A stretch of 63,629 nt of DNA, counting the filler, from Sphacelaria rigidula (lineage: Eukaryota), in assembly GCA_964200075.2 (NCBI GenBank). It is 7 parts of 7 records of this genome, joined end to end, with 100 filler letters (N's around TTAATTAATTAA, not from the genome) between each part and the next. Parts side by side here need not be neighbours in the genome. Positions count along the whole stretch, not along the records: positions 9,106 to 18,110 come from CAXNAA020009537.1; positions 18,211 to 27,215 come from CAXNAA020009538.1; 5 more parts are not named here. One strand, given 5' to 3'. A program made the position numbers and the translations under genes. The notes under the pieces are model-generated. The model was not told where the DNA came from. It searched no databases and saw nothing but the letters and a program-made list of their open reading frames with translations. This document shows positions 12,961 to 26,700 of the stretch, piece after piece; position 1 is the first letter of the stretch; every line of letters begins with the position of its first letter.

Positions 12961-13765
12961 TTCTTATCGAAGGGAATTTTCCCCTTCATCTAAACGCCCT
13001 TCTTGAAAAACAACCGCTCATTGGTCACTGCGATACCACCCTCCAAGAAACGTGCCCAGAAATCTCGTTTCTGGGGAGGGACTTCGGGAAGAGAAAAAAT
13101 ATTTCCTGGTGGATTCCGGACACTTCGAAGGGGAACATACATGTCCCGTTCACAGGGGCACATGCACAGCCCAACACAATCAGAGCAGAACCTGAGGAAC
13201 TGGGTGTCCCCGCCACCCAAAAGCACGTAGCTGGAGTTGTAGATGCTCATCAGCTGAGCACGTCGTGCGTGACCGTGCTCAAATCGGTTCAGAATTCAAT
13301 GATAAGGCACGATTAGTGTGACACGTGCGCACTGCACATGCACACAAACGGTCAGCAGAGGCACGCTTTCGAGTATTGTTCGGCACGCGCGCGGGCGTCA
13401 TTCCTCCAACATAGAATGGAAAAACCGTCAAACAAAGATTGGCGTGTTCACATTAACAAGGTCTATCGCCAGAGCTACTGTAATGCGCGTGAGTAGCGGA
13501 TGTCTGTGCGCACTTTTTCGGGGATGGGTGTGTGGGTGCCGTGTTGCCTTGTTGCGTCTTGTCTGCACAGAACAGAGCTGTTGGACAAACGACCACTTCC
13601 AGAACCGCCGCATTTCAGAGCCTATGTGCAGATCTGGGCTTCGATGTGTACAAAACTGCTTTTTGGTAAGACACAAAGCTGGTCGCTGTGGGGGCAATCC
13701 CCTTTTGAAGGAGATTTCAAAAAAGGAGAAATATTTCAAAAAGGAAAATTCCCTTCGATTATAAC
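12960..13765 (-). mobile_element. Repeat family B copy (probable non-autonomous TIR element)
   Basis: Ends ttatcggaagggaattttcc / ggaaaattcccttcgattataa are roughly inverted. It interrupts the 60-bp array and is an inverted homolog of 13950-14712. Confidence 0.65.
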
Positions 13766-13949
13766 CTGCCTTACCAGAGCACAGACCGAACAGAGGCATG
13801 AAGAAACGAAGCTATAATAGCCAGATTTGTTTTTGCCTTCAACACAACACAGCCCGAACATAGATATGAAATAACGAGGCTAACCAGAGTTTCTTCGCCG
13901 TTATCAGAACACAGCCCGAACATAGACATGCAATGGTGAAGCTAAGGGG

Positions 13950-14712
13950 GGTTCTTATCAAAAGTGATCCATCACTGTTCGAAAAATCCCCTTTAGAAAA
14001 ATGACTGCCCCAACAACGACCGGTTTTGAGTCTTGTCGACAAGCAGTTTTGTCCAACTCGAAGCCCAGATCTGCACAGGTACAAAAGTGCGGCGGTTCTG
14101 GAAGTGGCCGTTAGCCCGATATCTCTGGACCGCTGCAGACAAGACACAACAAGGCAACCCAACACACGCACAGAGTCCCGAAAACCCACGCAGACACCCG
14201 CCATTCACGCGCATTAGCTCCAGCGCTAGCTCTTGATCATGTACACACGATAGCCTTTGTTTGACGGAAATCCGTCCAGCAGTGGGTGGGAGGCGGCCGC
14301 GTGCGTGTCGTATTTGAGCCAAAGACGTGTCGTTGCTGACTGTCTGTGTGCGTGTGCTGTGCGTGCGTCTCACGCAAAAACTCATGTTTCACTGAATTCT
14401 TGACCATTTTGAGAACGTCACGCACAACACGCTCAGCTGACGAGCAGCCATGGATCGAGCTGTGTGCTTTTGGTTTGCGAGGGCAATGCAATCCTCAGGT
14501 TCACGTCTGATTGTGTTGGGTTGTCCGTCAAGCCTTCCGTTACGCCCCTGCCAACGAGACAGTATATGTTCCCGTTCGAGGTGTTACAAGATCACTTCTG
14601 CAAAAGTGATTTTTTGGCACGTTTCTGGGGGGTGGTGTCGCAGCAACCAATCACCACTCGATTTTTTTCAAAAGTAATTTTTTGAAAAGGGACAATTACT
14701 CCCGACAAGAAC
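13950..14712 (+). mobile_element. Repeat family B copy, opposite orientation to 12960-13765
   Basis: Colinear reverse-complement similarity along its length, for example cccaacacaatcaga vs tctgattgtgttggg, and aaacgtgcc vs ggcacgttt. Confidence 0.65.
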
Positions 14713-15821
14713 CCGCCTAACCAAATCTGAAGTTGCACTACGAGTGTACAAACCGGATATAGACATGAAACAACGACGCTGACCATTTTTTTTGCATTAC
14801 CAGAATAAAGACCGGGTTATAATTATGATTATGATTATAATTATAATTATATCCATCACATTAGCTCGATCTCTCGAACCCGTAATCACAGAGTGCAAGG
14901 AGCATACCACCAATATACCCATAACCCAAACAGCCCGCAGAAGAAGGCAAGAAACGGGTAGACATATTATTACTATTATCCAATGTATAATTAGCCTAAA
15001 TGATCCGCCGCTTGATACTGGAATCAAGTAAGCGTGTGATCCTTCTCGGAACAGTAATTTACATCAAAACCAACCTTCCATTACTACAACAGAGTAAACG
15101 GCTCGGCAAGAGCCACAAAAAAAAAGGCAGAGCAGGTCAACGGGCTCGACAAAACAGAAGAGACCACAACCAGCAAGAGGTCTAGATATTATTTTACAGA
15201 ACAAAAACCCATGCATGCATGCCAATCGCGTACGGCAAGTTTTTCGTCCGTCTGTGTGGTTCGTCTGTGTGGGGGGGTTCGTTTCGCTGTTTCGCTGTGC
15301 TTGTGCTTGCCGTGTCGTGTGCTGTGCGCGCGATATGATGCGATATGATGCGTTCGATATGATGCACCGTCCCTCTTGTGCAGGGTGGATTAAAAACTGC
15401 ATCATTGGTTGCGGGCGACAGTCCCCCAGTGGACAACAACTCTGTTTGCAAGCAGAGGAAGCCCGACCAAGTCATTACAACCGCCGTCAATCAATCCAGC
15501 GATTCCTCACCATTTTATCGTACCGCTCATGGTTAGGCCCACCGATTCCGTTCAGCTAGCACCACCGTCCCAAGATGAGCGGCTTTTCCCGGCAAGTATG
15601 GCTTTGAGTAAACACCGGTTGTTCGTTCGCGTAAAACTAGGCGTGCTGCGCTTGTGGCGTGTTCTGTCCACAAAAATTCCCCCACGTAAAACCAGGCGTG
15701 CTGCACGTGTGGCGTGTTTCGTCGCGTTGGGTTGGAGCTGTTGCGTCGTGAACGTGTAACGTCCGTCAGTCATGTGTTTCAGTCACGCCCGTTAAAATTT
15801 GCAGACCTCTCTCCTACTATT

Positions 15822-16244
15822 AGAGGTATCAAAACTCGGCTCCCGGTATCCTGGTTTATTCGCTGGGTCTGAGTTGTGTATTTTTTTTACAAGTGAAAGT
15901 GATCGCGATTCATGAGAGGACCTGACCTGGCAGTAAAACGGTCTCATCATCTGATGAATTGGCATCACTTCACTTGAAAAAATAGAACAAAACAAACCAG
16001 GATACCGGGAGCCGAGTTTGAGATACCTCTGGTAGAGGTATCTCAAACTCGGCTCCCGGTATCCTGGTTTATTCGCTGACTCTGAGTTGTGTACTATTTT
16101 TTCAAGTGAAAGTGATCGCGATTCATTGGAGGACCTAACCTGGCGGTCAAAGGGTCTCATCATCTGATGAATCGGCATCACTTCCACTTGAAAAAATAGA
16201 GCACAACAAACCAGGATACCGGAAGCCGAGTTTGAGATACCTCT
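15822..16244 (+). mobile_element. Head-to-tail dimer of a ~210-bp MITE (family C)
   Basis: Units 15822-16030 and 16034-16244 are each bounded by a ~37-bp TIR AGAGGTATCTCAAACTCGGCTCCCGGTATCCTGGTTT and separated by GGT. Confidence 0.9.
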
Positions 16245-16249
16245 ACTAA

Positions 16250-16995
16250 GACCACTTTGTTTGGCAGTCGGAAAAACGGATCTGTACGCAGATCAGGGGA
16301 CCTCAGATCCGGAACCGCATTGTATGGGCCTCAATTTGAACCGAATCGGGGAAGCTCAGATTCGCTTGACACGATTTCAGAACGTTTTTACACGAATCTG
16401 AGCCCAGATCCGTGGAAAATCGAGGTCCCCCGAATCTGTAGCCACTGGAGTACGTATGTTGACGTGCAATGATAGGGCAACAGGTGTTTGGTATCTTTGA
16501 ACCAACAGCAGCAGACAGTCTCATGACAGCACAGACAGTGCCTCCAAGCGCCGGCTGCTGGAGCAGCTCCGCATGGGGTTTGGCAAGCGGATAAGAAGTG
16601 TTGACGCCGTACCTGCGGTGATGGCAATTATTGACGCTGCACTGTACTGATGTATGATCATGACGAACGGTACTGTACAAGCCAGCACTCTGCTATCGCG
16701 GTACTTGCAGGGTGATGAATGACACTGCACTTGTGAACCCTTGCTGCACACTGTGCACTGTTCTCGCAATGCCGACTGTACCATCATGTGTTACCACAGG
16801 GCATTATCGTGTACTGTGATTGTGGAGTGTACTGCACTGCATCATACCCTAGAGTATCATGGTACGACGCTGCTCTTGAAGGATGATTCCCTGCCTCCCT
16901 GTTCTTCGGCTTCACTGTGATACCACACCCGCCAAGAAAATGACCGTTCGTGTACAGAACGATTTCAAAAATCTGTGAAGCCATACAGGGGTACA
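16250..16995 (-). mobile_element. Truncated copy of TIR element family D
   Basis: Reverse-complement homolog of ~19570-20298. One end is intact (gaccactttgtttggcag) and the other is replaced by SINE-body sequence. Confidence 0.75.
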
Positions 16996-17374
16996 TACAA
17001 AAATAAAGCGTAGAGACTGCTGCCAAACTCCCCAGAAGGAAGGTGGGGTACTAGAAACAAATAGAAGAGAAAAAACTCCTGTGTTGACCTTCCTCCTGTG
17101 TGACCTCGGCTGATCCGCCCACATATACCGAAAGGTGCGGACTGGCGTCCAGAATACATGGCATGGCAACACACACAGAGGGGAAGGGGCCTCTGAAGAA
17201 CTCTTCTCACGAATACAAGGGAAGGCAAGTACCGCAGAAGGAACGCGGACTTCGCAAAACAAAATTAAAACTCTGGCCTTGCTCTGTGAACGTCTCCTGT
17301 CTTGCCAGTACGTGCCTCTCTGTCGTCAAAATACAAAATAACGAAAATAAGAACAATACCCAGTAGTAGTGGTT

Positions 17375-17590
17375 GGTCGTCCCAGTGGCTTGATTGGTAC
17401 CCTCGAATCCTTCTGACGGTTGGGTCGTTGGTTCGAATCTCGATGAAGTGACACGAACTGGAATTTGTCTCACACCATACCCAACAGTGGAGAGCGACTA
17501 TGTCGTGGGTATCCGAAGTTCAACTCCATGGTCGACGAGGGAAAGGGGCTGTTGAATCCCTTTCGCGATAAAAAAATAAGGCAAGCACCA
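17375..17590 (+). mobile_element. tRNA-derived SINE-like element S1 (5' part)
   Basis: A-box-like TGGCTTGATTGG and B-box GGTTCGAATC (17430-17439), followed by gtcgacgagggaagggg...cgcgataaaaaaataaggcaagcacc as at 11165. Confidence 0.75.
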
Positions 17591-18110
17591 GGGGGCAGCG
17601 CGGAGAAATGTTTTGGACGCTTCCCCCCCCCCCTCCCCCCCGGGGGATATATTTTCGAAAATTGTCATGATTGTTTTTGTTAACTTTGTCGCATAGCAAG
17701 AAATTGATCAAAAAGCACTCATTTATTTTTTTCTGTTACTTTTGTCACAAGAAATTGATGAATAAACACAGACCAAAACCGAAACCTCTGGTGGGCTCTG
17801 CGGAGTCTGTATATTTGCTTCTGCTCTTTTATATATATTGATATAAATATGTACCAGATACTTCTTGAAAGAAAAATATAAGGGAGCATTCGTACTGTGT
17901 ATGATATATACTTCGTATAATATAATACTGTATACAAATTATAATAGGGTATATATTAGGGAGCAGAAGTATACATTAAATATATGATGCATAACATATG
18001 ATACATAATAATTATATTATATCATTTATCATACACTTTATAAGGATCTCTACTGTCGATAGCAGCTGACCGTATCCGCCAACGCTTCGAAAAAAAAACA
18101 GGGCACACAC

Positions 18111-18210
18111 NNNNNNNNNNNNNNNNNNNNNNNNNNNNNNNNNNNNNNNNNNNNTTAATTAATTAANNNNNNNNNNNNNNNNNNNNNNNNNNNNNNNNNN
18201 NNNNNNNNNN
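18111..18210. other. Artificial contig spacer
   Basis: N44-TTAATTAATTAA-N44. Confidence 0.98.
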
Positions 18211-18559
18211 CTACAGTAGTCTCGGGTTAGCCCGATAGTTGCCCAACTGCGAGAGCGTGCTTTTTTTTTGGTCTCGCTGTTTTGTTCGTGTTAGTTTCAC
18301 GTCTTTTCTACATCCCAAATAATCCATAATTCTTGAGCAAAAAGCAAACACGCACGTTCGTTACTCGGATTGGTTGATTGGTGACGCGAACTGTTTCGCA
18401 TAAGAATCGACCACGAAGAAAACAGTTGTTCCGGAAGTGACGGGGACTGTTTCGCATGAGAATCGACCACAAAGAAAACAGTTCTTCCGTTTGAAATCCT
18501 GACTCTGAATCTGAACTACACTCTGAATCTCTCGACTATAGTGTTACGCATGCCTGTCC

Positions 18560-19135
18560 CTCAAGAGGCCGCAAGATGGAACGCTGCGATTCTTAGTTCT
18601 TTAGTTCTTTGGGTGGTGGTATTTGGGGCCTTGAGTCTCGCCGGTGGTCGGACCCTGTGTTCATTTCTACTTGTCGCGCGTCGAGTTGGAAAACCGAGTG
18701 CCACCCCCTGAAGTCCGAATGGCCACCTGCGGCACCGGATCTTCTGAGGTTAGCCATATGTACTCCCTTTCTTCATTATTTATTACGTACAAGCATACCA
18801 GGTGTATCAAGACAATAACTGCATGACATAACGACATCCCTCATCGGGGGGGTTCACCCCCCACCCCCCACTTCTCTGGACCGTCGTCATTGCCGTGCTT
18901 TTTGGGCTTCGTTGGTCTCCCATCTAATCGCACGAAATCGGCTGGCCTCCTCTTCATTCCTGTGCCATGAGGTCATGAACCTCTCCGCTCCCTGCAGCAC
19001 TCCCGCGTGCCACGGCAACCCACCTTCCTTGTTTGCTGCTGAGGTCCACAGGGCGCGGTCAATTCCTAATGTCTGACGGTTGTCGTCCGTAGAGCCGTCT
19101 GTGGCTCCGAAAGCTTGGAGATCGTCTCTGGTACA
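18560..19135 (-). mobile_element. 5'-truncated non-LTR retrotransposon (LINE) 3' end
   Basis: The peptide DDLQAFGATDGST...WTSAANKEGGLPWHAGVLQGAERFMTSWH...* resembles the post-RT C-terminal tail of LINE ORF2. Recognition only. The UTR boundary is uncertain. Confidence 0.55.
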
Positions 19136-19482
19136 GTATATGTTCTCGTATATATTATTATTGATTATTATCTCTACTCTATTTTTTGCGGGGGACTGGT
19201 GTACGAGTACTCGTATTTTCACAGGCTCACGTGATCATTTTTTTCGGAACAGTATCTTGTTCATCACCACCTGTTGTTCGTACAAGGACGCTGTGTGGTG
19301 GCTGAGACTGCTGCAGAGGAGTCTGTGCATTGCATTGGCACACTACATCACCCGATTATCTGAAACAACCAAGATATCTACCTACAACAGTACAGTACAG
19401 TTAGATCAGCTAAAAGAAGGTACCAACGCTGCATATGTACTGGCTGTGCTTTAGACAGCGTCTCATACTCTCTAGTTGTATG

Positions 19483-20298
19483 ACCAACTTGTATGGAAGC
19501 CAATCCCGAATCTGGCGGGATCCGAATCTGTGCCAAATCGGGGGAACCCAGATTCGTGAAACTCAGATTCGTGTGTACCCCTGCTTCACAGATTTGTTGA
19601 AATTGTTCTGTACACGGACGGTCATTTTCTGGGCGGGTGTGGTATCACAGTGAAGCGGAAGAATAGGCAGGCAGGGAATACCGTGGTACCTTGGGGTATG
19701 ATGCAGTGCAGTACACGATACTGCCGTGTGATAATATATGATGGTACAGTCGGTATTACGAGAACAGCGCACAGTGTGCGGCAAGAGTACACGAGTGCAG
19801 TGTCATTCATCACCCTGCAACAACCGCGACAGCAGAGTGTAGGATAGATAGCACAGTACCGTTCGTTATGATGATACATATAGCAGTACAGTGCAGGATA
19901 AATTTTTTCCATCACCGCAGGGTAGGGCGTCAACACTTCTTATCCGCTTGTCAAACCCCGTGTGGAGCTTCTCCAGCAGCCGGCGCTCGCAGGCACTGAA
20001 TGTGCTGTCACGAGTCTGTCTGCTGCTGTTGTTGCAAAAATACCAAACGCCTGTCGCATCATCACTCTACGTCAACATACGTACGTGAGTTGCTACAGAT
20101 TCGGGGGACCTCGATTTCCCACGGATCTGAGCTCAGATTTATGTAGAACCGTTCTCAAATCGTGACAAACGAATCTGAGCTTTCCCGATTTGTGCCTAAT
20201 TGGGGTCCATACCTTTTCCATACAATGGGTTTCCGGATCTGAGGTGCCCTGATCTGCGTACAGATCTGTTTTTTCTACTGCCATACACAAGTCGGTCT
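19483..20298 (+). mobile_element. ~815-bp non-autonomous TIR element, family D
   Basis: Imperfect inverted ends gaccaacttgtatggaag / ctgccatacacaagtcggtc, with subterminal cagatc/gaatctg repeats at both ends. A second copy is at 16250-16995. Confidence 0.7.
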
Positions 20299-20741
20299 AA
20301 CGTAATTAATCTGATCTGCAGATTATTATAGTGATCTGATATTCCACAGACCCAATGATTCCTGTGGCAGAGTATGACCAATCTAAGCCCACGGCGGTCT
20401 GTTTCAGTAAGTCCTGACTGGCTGATTGCTGACAGGAGACAGAAGACCACCCCCCTCCAACCCGGCACGGCACCGCAAATGCCAACTCCAGTGCTAAGCC
20501 TCCAATCACCACATTGTACACGCCAGCAGTGGACAGGAGGGTAATTTATCTCTCCTACGTACAAGGGACGATCATTTTCGGAGAGAAGCACAACGAAGAC
20601 CCTGGACGTCAGAGTACAGTTACAGAAAGGAGAGTGCCACTACAAGAAGTACAAAGCTACAGACAACTTATTGCTTACAGCCCCGCTCGACTTTGCACTT
20701 GACAGTGCAACTAGAACCTGCACTCCATAGTGCACCTAGTC

Positions 20742-23700
20742 ATGCGAAGAAGAGGGTCGCGGTGGAGGTTATTCCTTCTATTTACCTTTACGCTTGTCGA
20801 CCGACACTTCAGGAGTCTATTTGCTGCAGCCGCAGTTCGGGTGAAAGGGAGTTCGTTTACAGAGGTAGCCGACTCTGCCGTGTCGGCCGCCGGTCGGGTC
20901 AAGAAAAGTCAATTTCCAGCGAGTGGCGAGACTCCTGTTTCTATCGAGGAAATAACCTCTACTGACGCTTCGGCAGCTTGCGAAGCTGATGGATCTCGTG
21001 GCATTGTAGCTGATGGATCTGTCGGGGGCAGTGGCGAGGAAGTGGTGGCCGCCGTTCGGGGCAAGAAAAGTTCATGGGCCGCGGCAGCTGGTTGGTCGTC
21101 TGACAGAAATGGCCAGCTGCTGGTAGCGGGCACTGTAGATGGTCAAGTCCATGCCTTGGAGCCCGACACTGGCGAAGTTCGATGGTCTTTCAGCACGGGA
21201 GAGGCGTTGGTGAAATCGTACCAGCAGTCACCGGGGGCTTTGGATGAGAAACGCTGGCTCATTCCTGCTCTGGACGGGTCGCTGTTGGTACAAACCGCCC
21301 AGGGACTCCGGCGGCCTCCGTTCAACACGCGGACGCTGGTAGAACAAACACCGTTCATGGCTCCAGGTGGCACCTTCTACACGGGCTCCAAGAACTCACG
21401 CATCTGGGGCGTGGACGCGCAGACAGGCGAGGTGCGGCAAGTTCTGTCGGGGGAGACGGCAGACAGCCTGGAGAGCGACTTGAAGCTGCTGGCGCGCAGC
21501 GGCAGCGACGGGGAGCTAATATGGATAGGGCGAAAGGATTACACCGTCCGTGCATACGATGTGCCCACCGGGCAGGAGCAGTGGAACCTTGCCATCGGGG
21601 AGTTTGTGTCTCTAGATGGTTTTTACTCTTCATCAGATGCTGGCAAGGGAGGCGGCGGGGGCGGGGGCGGCGCGGCAGGGGCGGGAAAAAGCGCTTCTGG
21701 AAGGAATACCGGAACTGGCGGAAATCCACCCCTGGTGGGTAGTCGTGCCGACCCTATGCCAACCCTTGTGGCGACCCCCGAGGGTTCACTGAGGTTGGCC
21801 TTCAAGGGCAAGGCGAAAGGTGAGACTGGCAGCAGCGGAGGGAATCGCCCGCTGAGTCCGAGACAGTCGGGGGGGTTAGGGTCGAGGGGATCTTCGGTGT
21901 GGAGTGCACCATTGCCAGCGCATGTCGCTAGCGTGTTCCAGGTTGCCCTTGAAGACGACTCCGCGAGTACGTATATGCCTCTCCAGCGTCTCTCGTTGTC
22001 CCAGACTGCGGCCGACGGAACGACCAGCGGGAACGGAGGAACGACTCAGGGCAGTGCGGGGAATGTGGCAGTTGGAATACTGGACAATGGACAGGTATAT
22101 GCTGTAGCGCTGGATGAGCTCCGACAGAGTGATGGCGAGGATAGTGTCGGTGGGGATGGTGGGAGCGCACGCAACACCGGAGGTGGAGGAGTATCGCGGG
22201 GCAAAAAGAACAGAGCCGGTGATGGAAATAAGGTGACGCAAGGCGGAAGGGCTAGCGCAACCCAGCCGCTACTGCCGCACAGTAGCGGTGGCGGTGATTG
22301 GCAGCGGAGTGACGGCGACAGTGCAGACTATGGAGCAGGAGAGGGAGGGGGGCATGGATTGTCCAGCTCGTTAGTTCAGAGCTGGTCCCAAAAGGGGCCC
22401 CATCATGGTGAGCTCAGGCCCGGGGGTACATATGATTGCTCTCACGTGCTTCGATACAGTGTTGTAGTGGCGTCTCCGACACCAGCCCCGCGGCTACTAC
22501 GCGCTGTGTTCAACCTCCAGGCATTGCGTGGCGGTCTTTTCACTTTTTTTGGGAAGATTTATATTGTTGTAACAAGACACTATTCTGTTGTGCTTATTTT
22601 ACCTCATGCTTCCAGCCCCCGGCTGTATGTAGTTCGAAATATACGACTGAAGCCACCGTTGTTTCTTGTTCTGCTCTCCTCCGTCATAGCGTGACCACAG
22701 CGCTCGCGCTTCTGTCTTCGCCTATCGCATGCGGCGCGTTCCAAAATAGCATTTGATCCTGAAACCCTCGCTTCATTGTGTTCATGGATGAGAAGGTCCA
22801 TTTCCTAAGTCGAGCGGTCGTAGTATGTGAGCCGCAACCTTTCCCTTTTCCACGGCCTTTTTTTTTTTACGGCTAAATACTGGGTATCAATGTGGTTCTC
22901 CGCAAGACTTTCCCGCCGAAGCCATGTAGCAGAGGACGGACACTTCGTTTTTTTCTTTTCTTTTCTTTTCTTTTCTTTTCTTTTCTTTTCTTTTCTTTTT
23001 ATTCATGTCTTCTCTTTCTTATGTCTTGGTCTACTATTATATGTCTGCTCTATCTTTTTTGTTTCTTCTTTTTTCTTCAGCGAGTGTTTCAGTTTTGTTT
23101 TGCCTCGGGTGTATCCATCGTGTGACCACGGCTGGATCCCTGAAGAATCAGTTTAACCCTTGGACCGCGAGGTTAGTCTTCTGTTGAATCGGCATCAATT
23201 TTCCAGTGAAAAAAAAGTATGCGTGATCCAAAAAGACTAATCTCGCGGTCTACGGGTTAAGAGCGACAATCAATCAGTCGATCAAGCAAATCAATCTAAA
23301 GTTCGTGTTGGGTGCCGCACAAATTATTGTTCCTGCTGTAACTGTGGGTCCGAGTACACTGCATAGTCTGGTGTTTTTCGTTGACAAACGCTCTCAGCTG
23401 TGGGTACGGATATCTCCCTTGATTCTCGTTTTTTGCCATCCATTAATGTTGCGGCCTCAGGTGGTGGCCTGCTCAGATCCTGCCAACCAGGACACGCAGA
23501 TTTTCCCAATTGTCTATCCGGCGTACACCCGGTAGCTCACATCGGGGAGCAAGAGCAGTCACGCTTAGCTCTAGGCGTGGGTTCTCACGGGGGAGTGGGT
23601 GTCGATGGCTCGGCCACGACAGGCGCAGGTTAGTGCTTCCAGTAGCATGGGCTGTGGATGATGGGCAGAGGTGTATCGGCGGGAATATTGTTCTCGCTAT

Positions 23701-26700
23701 TGCACCCAAATCTGAACGAAGAGTGCGTCCAACAGAGGATTTTCCATTCGTTGCCGGAAGGATTGCTGAGGAATGGCACGTGCTGGTTGTGTATAGGTAA
23801 CGGAGGGTCTGAATATGGTAATATGACACCCGCGGGATACTGACAGCTGCTCTCTACCTCCCACATGTTTTCTTATTTCCATTCCGTTGATAATTTAGTT
23901 GATCGCCTTTGTTCTCGTAATTAGGCTAGAGTCCCAGGGGAAAATTATAGGACTCGATATCTTGTAAGGAATAGAAGGGACGGTGTTGGAAAGACGAGCC
24001 TACGTCTGTTACCACGGACGGAAATATTTTTGATAACGAATAACCTAGAATAATTGATTCACCATGATGCTGTCGGCGCGTGCCAGCGGCGATTTGTCAC
24101 GCCCCGCACCATAACTGGAGACGTGCAGCACGCTGTCGGCTTACAACCAACTCAGCGCTTATCGTCGACCCCGTCCTTGCTGTTTCCAAGAACGTGACGC
24201 GCGTTGTGTGCAAATTATGTTCGTGCAGCCGGTAGGTCGTGAGCCCATATCTGTACACTACACAGCAACCGTACCTTTTGAATCCCCCGTCCTCCCTCCC
24301 TGACACCCCGACATGTTCCCTGCTCACGCGTGTTTTGTTGCTCTTGCACTGTTGTATACTTGTTCACGGCCCGTACAGCATCCCGAGATTCCAACGGCGT
24401 AAGGGCGAGCAGCGGCTATGTATCTCGCCTGCCACCGCTGTCGGAGGAACCAGAGGTGCTCGGCGAAAGCGGAGCCGACAAAAACGTTGGCTTCGCAGAG
24501 ATGGTTGCCGCCGGACTTGGGATCGGAGCGGGAGGGGACGGGGGTGCCGACGCGGGGCAGGGTTTCTTGACCCCGTCTACGCGCCCTGCCAGTTCCTTGG
24601 AAGAACTGCTAAGTTGGATGTCGCGCATGTGGAGCTTTGTGTCGGTAGGACTGCTGGCTGTGACGGTGATGGTCGTGCTGGATTCTCGTAGAGCAGCGCG
24701 ATTTTTCCAGCGATTCGGATTATCGGGCTACCCACTGCACGCCGATCAGGGTCAAGGCCGCCAGGATTATGATCCAGCAGCAGACGGGGGTTTCAGCGGG
24801 GTATCAGACGGGTCTGCCTTCGGGGGGGCCGTGACGGTTGCCGCAGGAGTTGGTGGAGAGATGGTTACTGTTGGGGGTGTGGGGGTCGTGGCGGGTGGCA
24901 ATAAGGGCGAGGTGAGGGTGGGCTGTCTGACGGTTTCGGACACTGTGCTGGGCTACGGTTCGCACGGGACGGTGGTTTACAGGGGTTTGCTGGAGGGCCG
25001 ACCTGTGGCGGTGAAGAGGATGCTAACCGACTTTCACGCGCGCGCGGACCGCGAGATCAGCTTGCTTATTGAATCTGATGGGTGAGGGAGACAGGATGAG
25101 GTGTAGTGGGATGAACGGTATTGATATTCAACGGAATTGACTCTGTTTTTCTCAAGTCGTATGTTGCCCCTTTTTCCAGTATCAGAGGCGTATTCAACGT
25201 ACTCATTCAACATGGAGTTGAAATCGCTGGATCGTCGCTATTGGACACCCATTATATGAACTACAAGGATTATCTTGGAAACCGTGCGTTTCCTACCCTT
25301 GCCGCCACGTTTCCGATGGTCGTTATGCCCTGACCATCGCACGGGTAGGTTGGAAATGGCTGCGGGAAGTGTTGGGCGTGTCTGAACAACACAAAATTTC
25401 GTCGATGTCGCTGCCTGGGCGTGTTATTCATTTTGGCCGGCGAAGTCGTCGGCTGTAGATTGTAGCCAGCTAAGCCATGTCCGTCATTCCCTCTTCTTCG
25501 ACTCGCTAACGTGCCGACCCTTGTTCCCTCCCTCTCTTTGATGGCGCTGATGTGTTTTATACGTAATCATTCCGCCGGTAACCAGACATCCCAACGTGGT
25601 ACGGTACTTCGTGCGAGAGGAGGCGGGAGAGTTCGTGTACTTGGCTCTACAGTTATGTCAGCTGAGCCTGCACAACGCAATGGCACAGATACACACGGCA
25701 ATGGTGAGAAAGCAAGGGGAACAACTACGTGCCAATACCGGAGCTCCCAAAATCGTCGAGAATTCGGGCGGGGCGGGCCTGTGGTTAGGATGGAATCAAT
25801 CATCTCACACGCGAGATGTTCAAAACGTCCGTCACGCTAGCATCGTCATGCGATCTCTGAAAGTGGTAGCACAGCCGCTGCTAAACTGTAGCTTCTCACT
25901 CCACGCGCATCGACCCCCTTTCCTCTCTTAGCACGATTGTGTCGACAATGTGCCATGAATATCCTTTCGCCGATCTCTCGTGATGTTCTGGATCCGTACT
26001 ATATGTCTGACATTTTTTCACTTACTCCCCACCTTTTTTCTCGCTGTAGGCTCATGCTCGACGAGCAGCGGATTTAGCTCGTAGTGGCCCGCCTTCCTCT
26101 CCTCGTGTAGGGCTCAGCCGCATGCTTACCTTGGAAGACGTCACCACACCTCGGCAGCTGAGAGCGGCGTTGCTGCAGGTCAGCCAGGGGGTGGAGCACC
26201 TGCACAGCCTACGGATCGTTCATAGGTGAAGCATGCAGAGCGGGGTGGGATTTTTTTTGCATTTTTTTTTCTTGTCGGCTATGTGTTGTTGGATTCGCTT
26301 CCGGTCTTGGTTTGGTAGCAGCATCTGCAATAGTATACTACTACCCGTCTGTTTTTCCATCGCGATATTTTGCTTGTACCATTTGAAGTATGTGGTCGAT
26401 GTCACTGTGCTGAACGGTGTGCTTCCTATGTTGTACAAATGCTTCCACATGGACTACTGTGATGACAACTCATTGGGTTGTTCAGAATTTATTTTGCGTC
26501 CTCTGACTGTGATACGCATGCTCCACCAGTGACCTTCGTGTAGTGGCGGCTTTTGGGTGGAAAGCAAGAGTTACGGCCTGAAGCGCTGTTTTGCACATCT
26601 TACCCTTAATCGTCCTCACAGTTACTTCCACGCTCTTACTATGCATCCCTCGACAACAGACGCCTCTACATTTCTGGGTTATTCACTAATATATCACGTC

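Noticed and set aside
16250-20298. Apparent 4-kb foldback element with ~740-bp inverted arms
   Set aside because: The arms are on different contigs across the 18111-18210 spacer. They are two copies of a dispersed family.
22408-22694. Hydrophobic C-terminus of the 654-aa ORF as the IRE1 TM segment
   Set aside because: It is intron read-through past the donor at 22408. The real TM segment is in exon 24379-25081.
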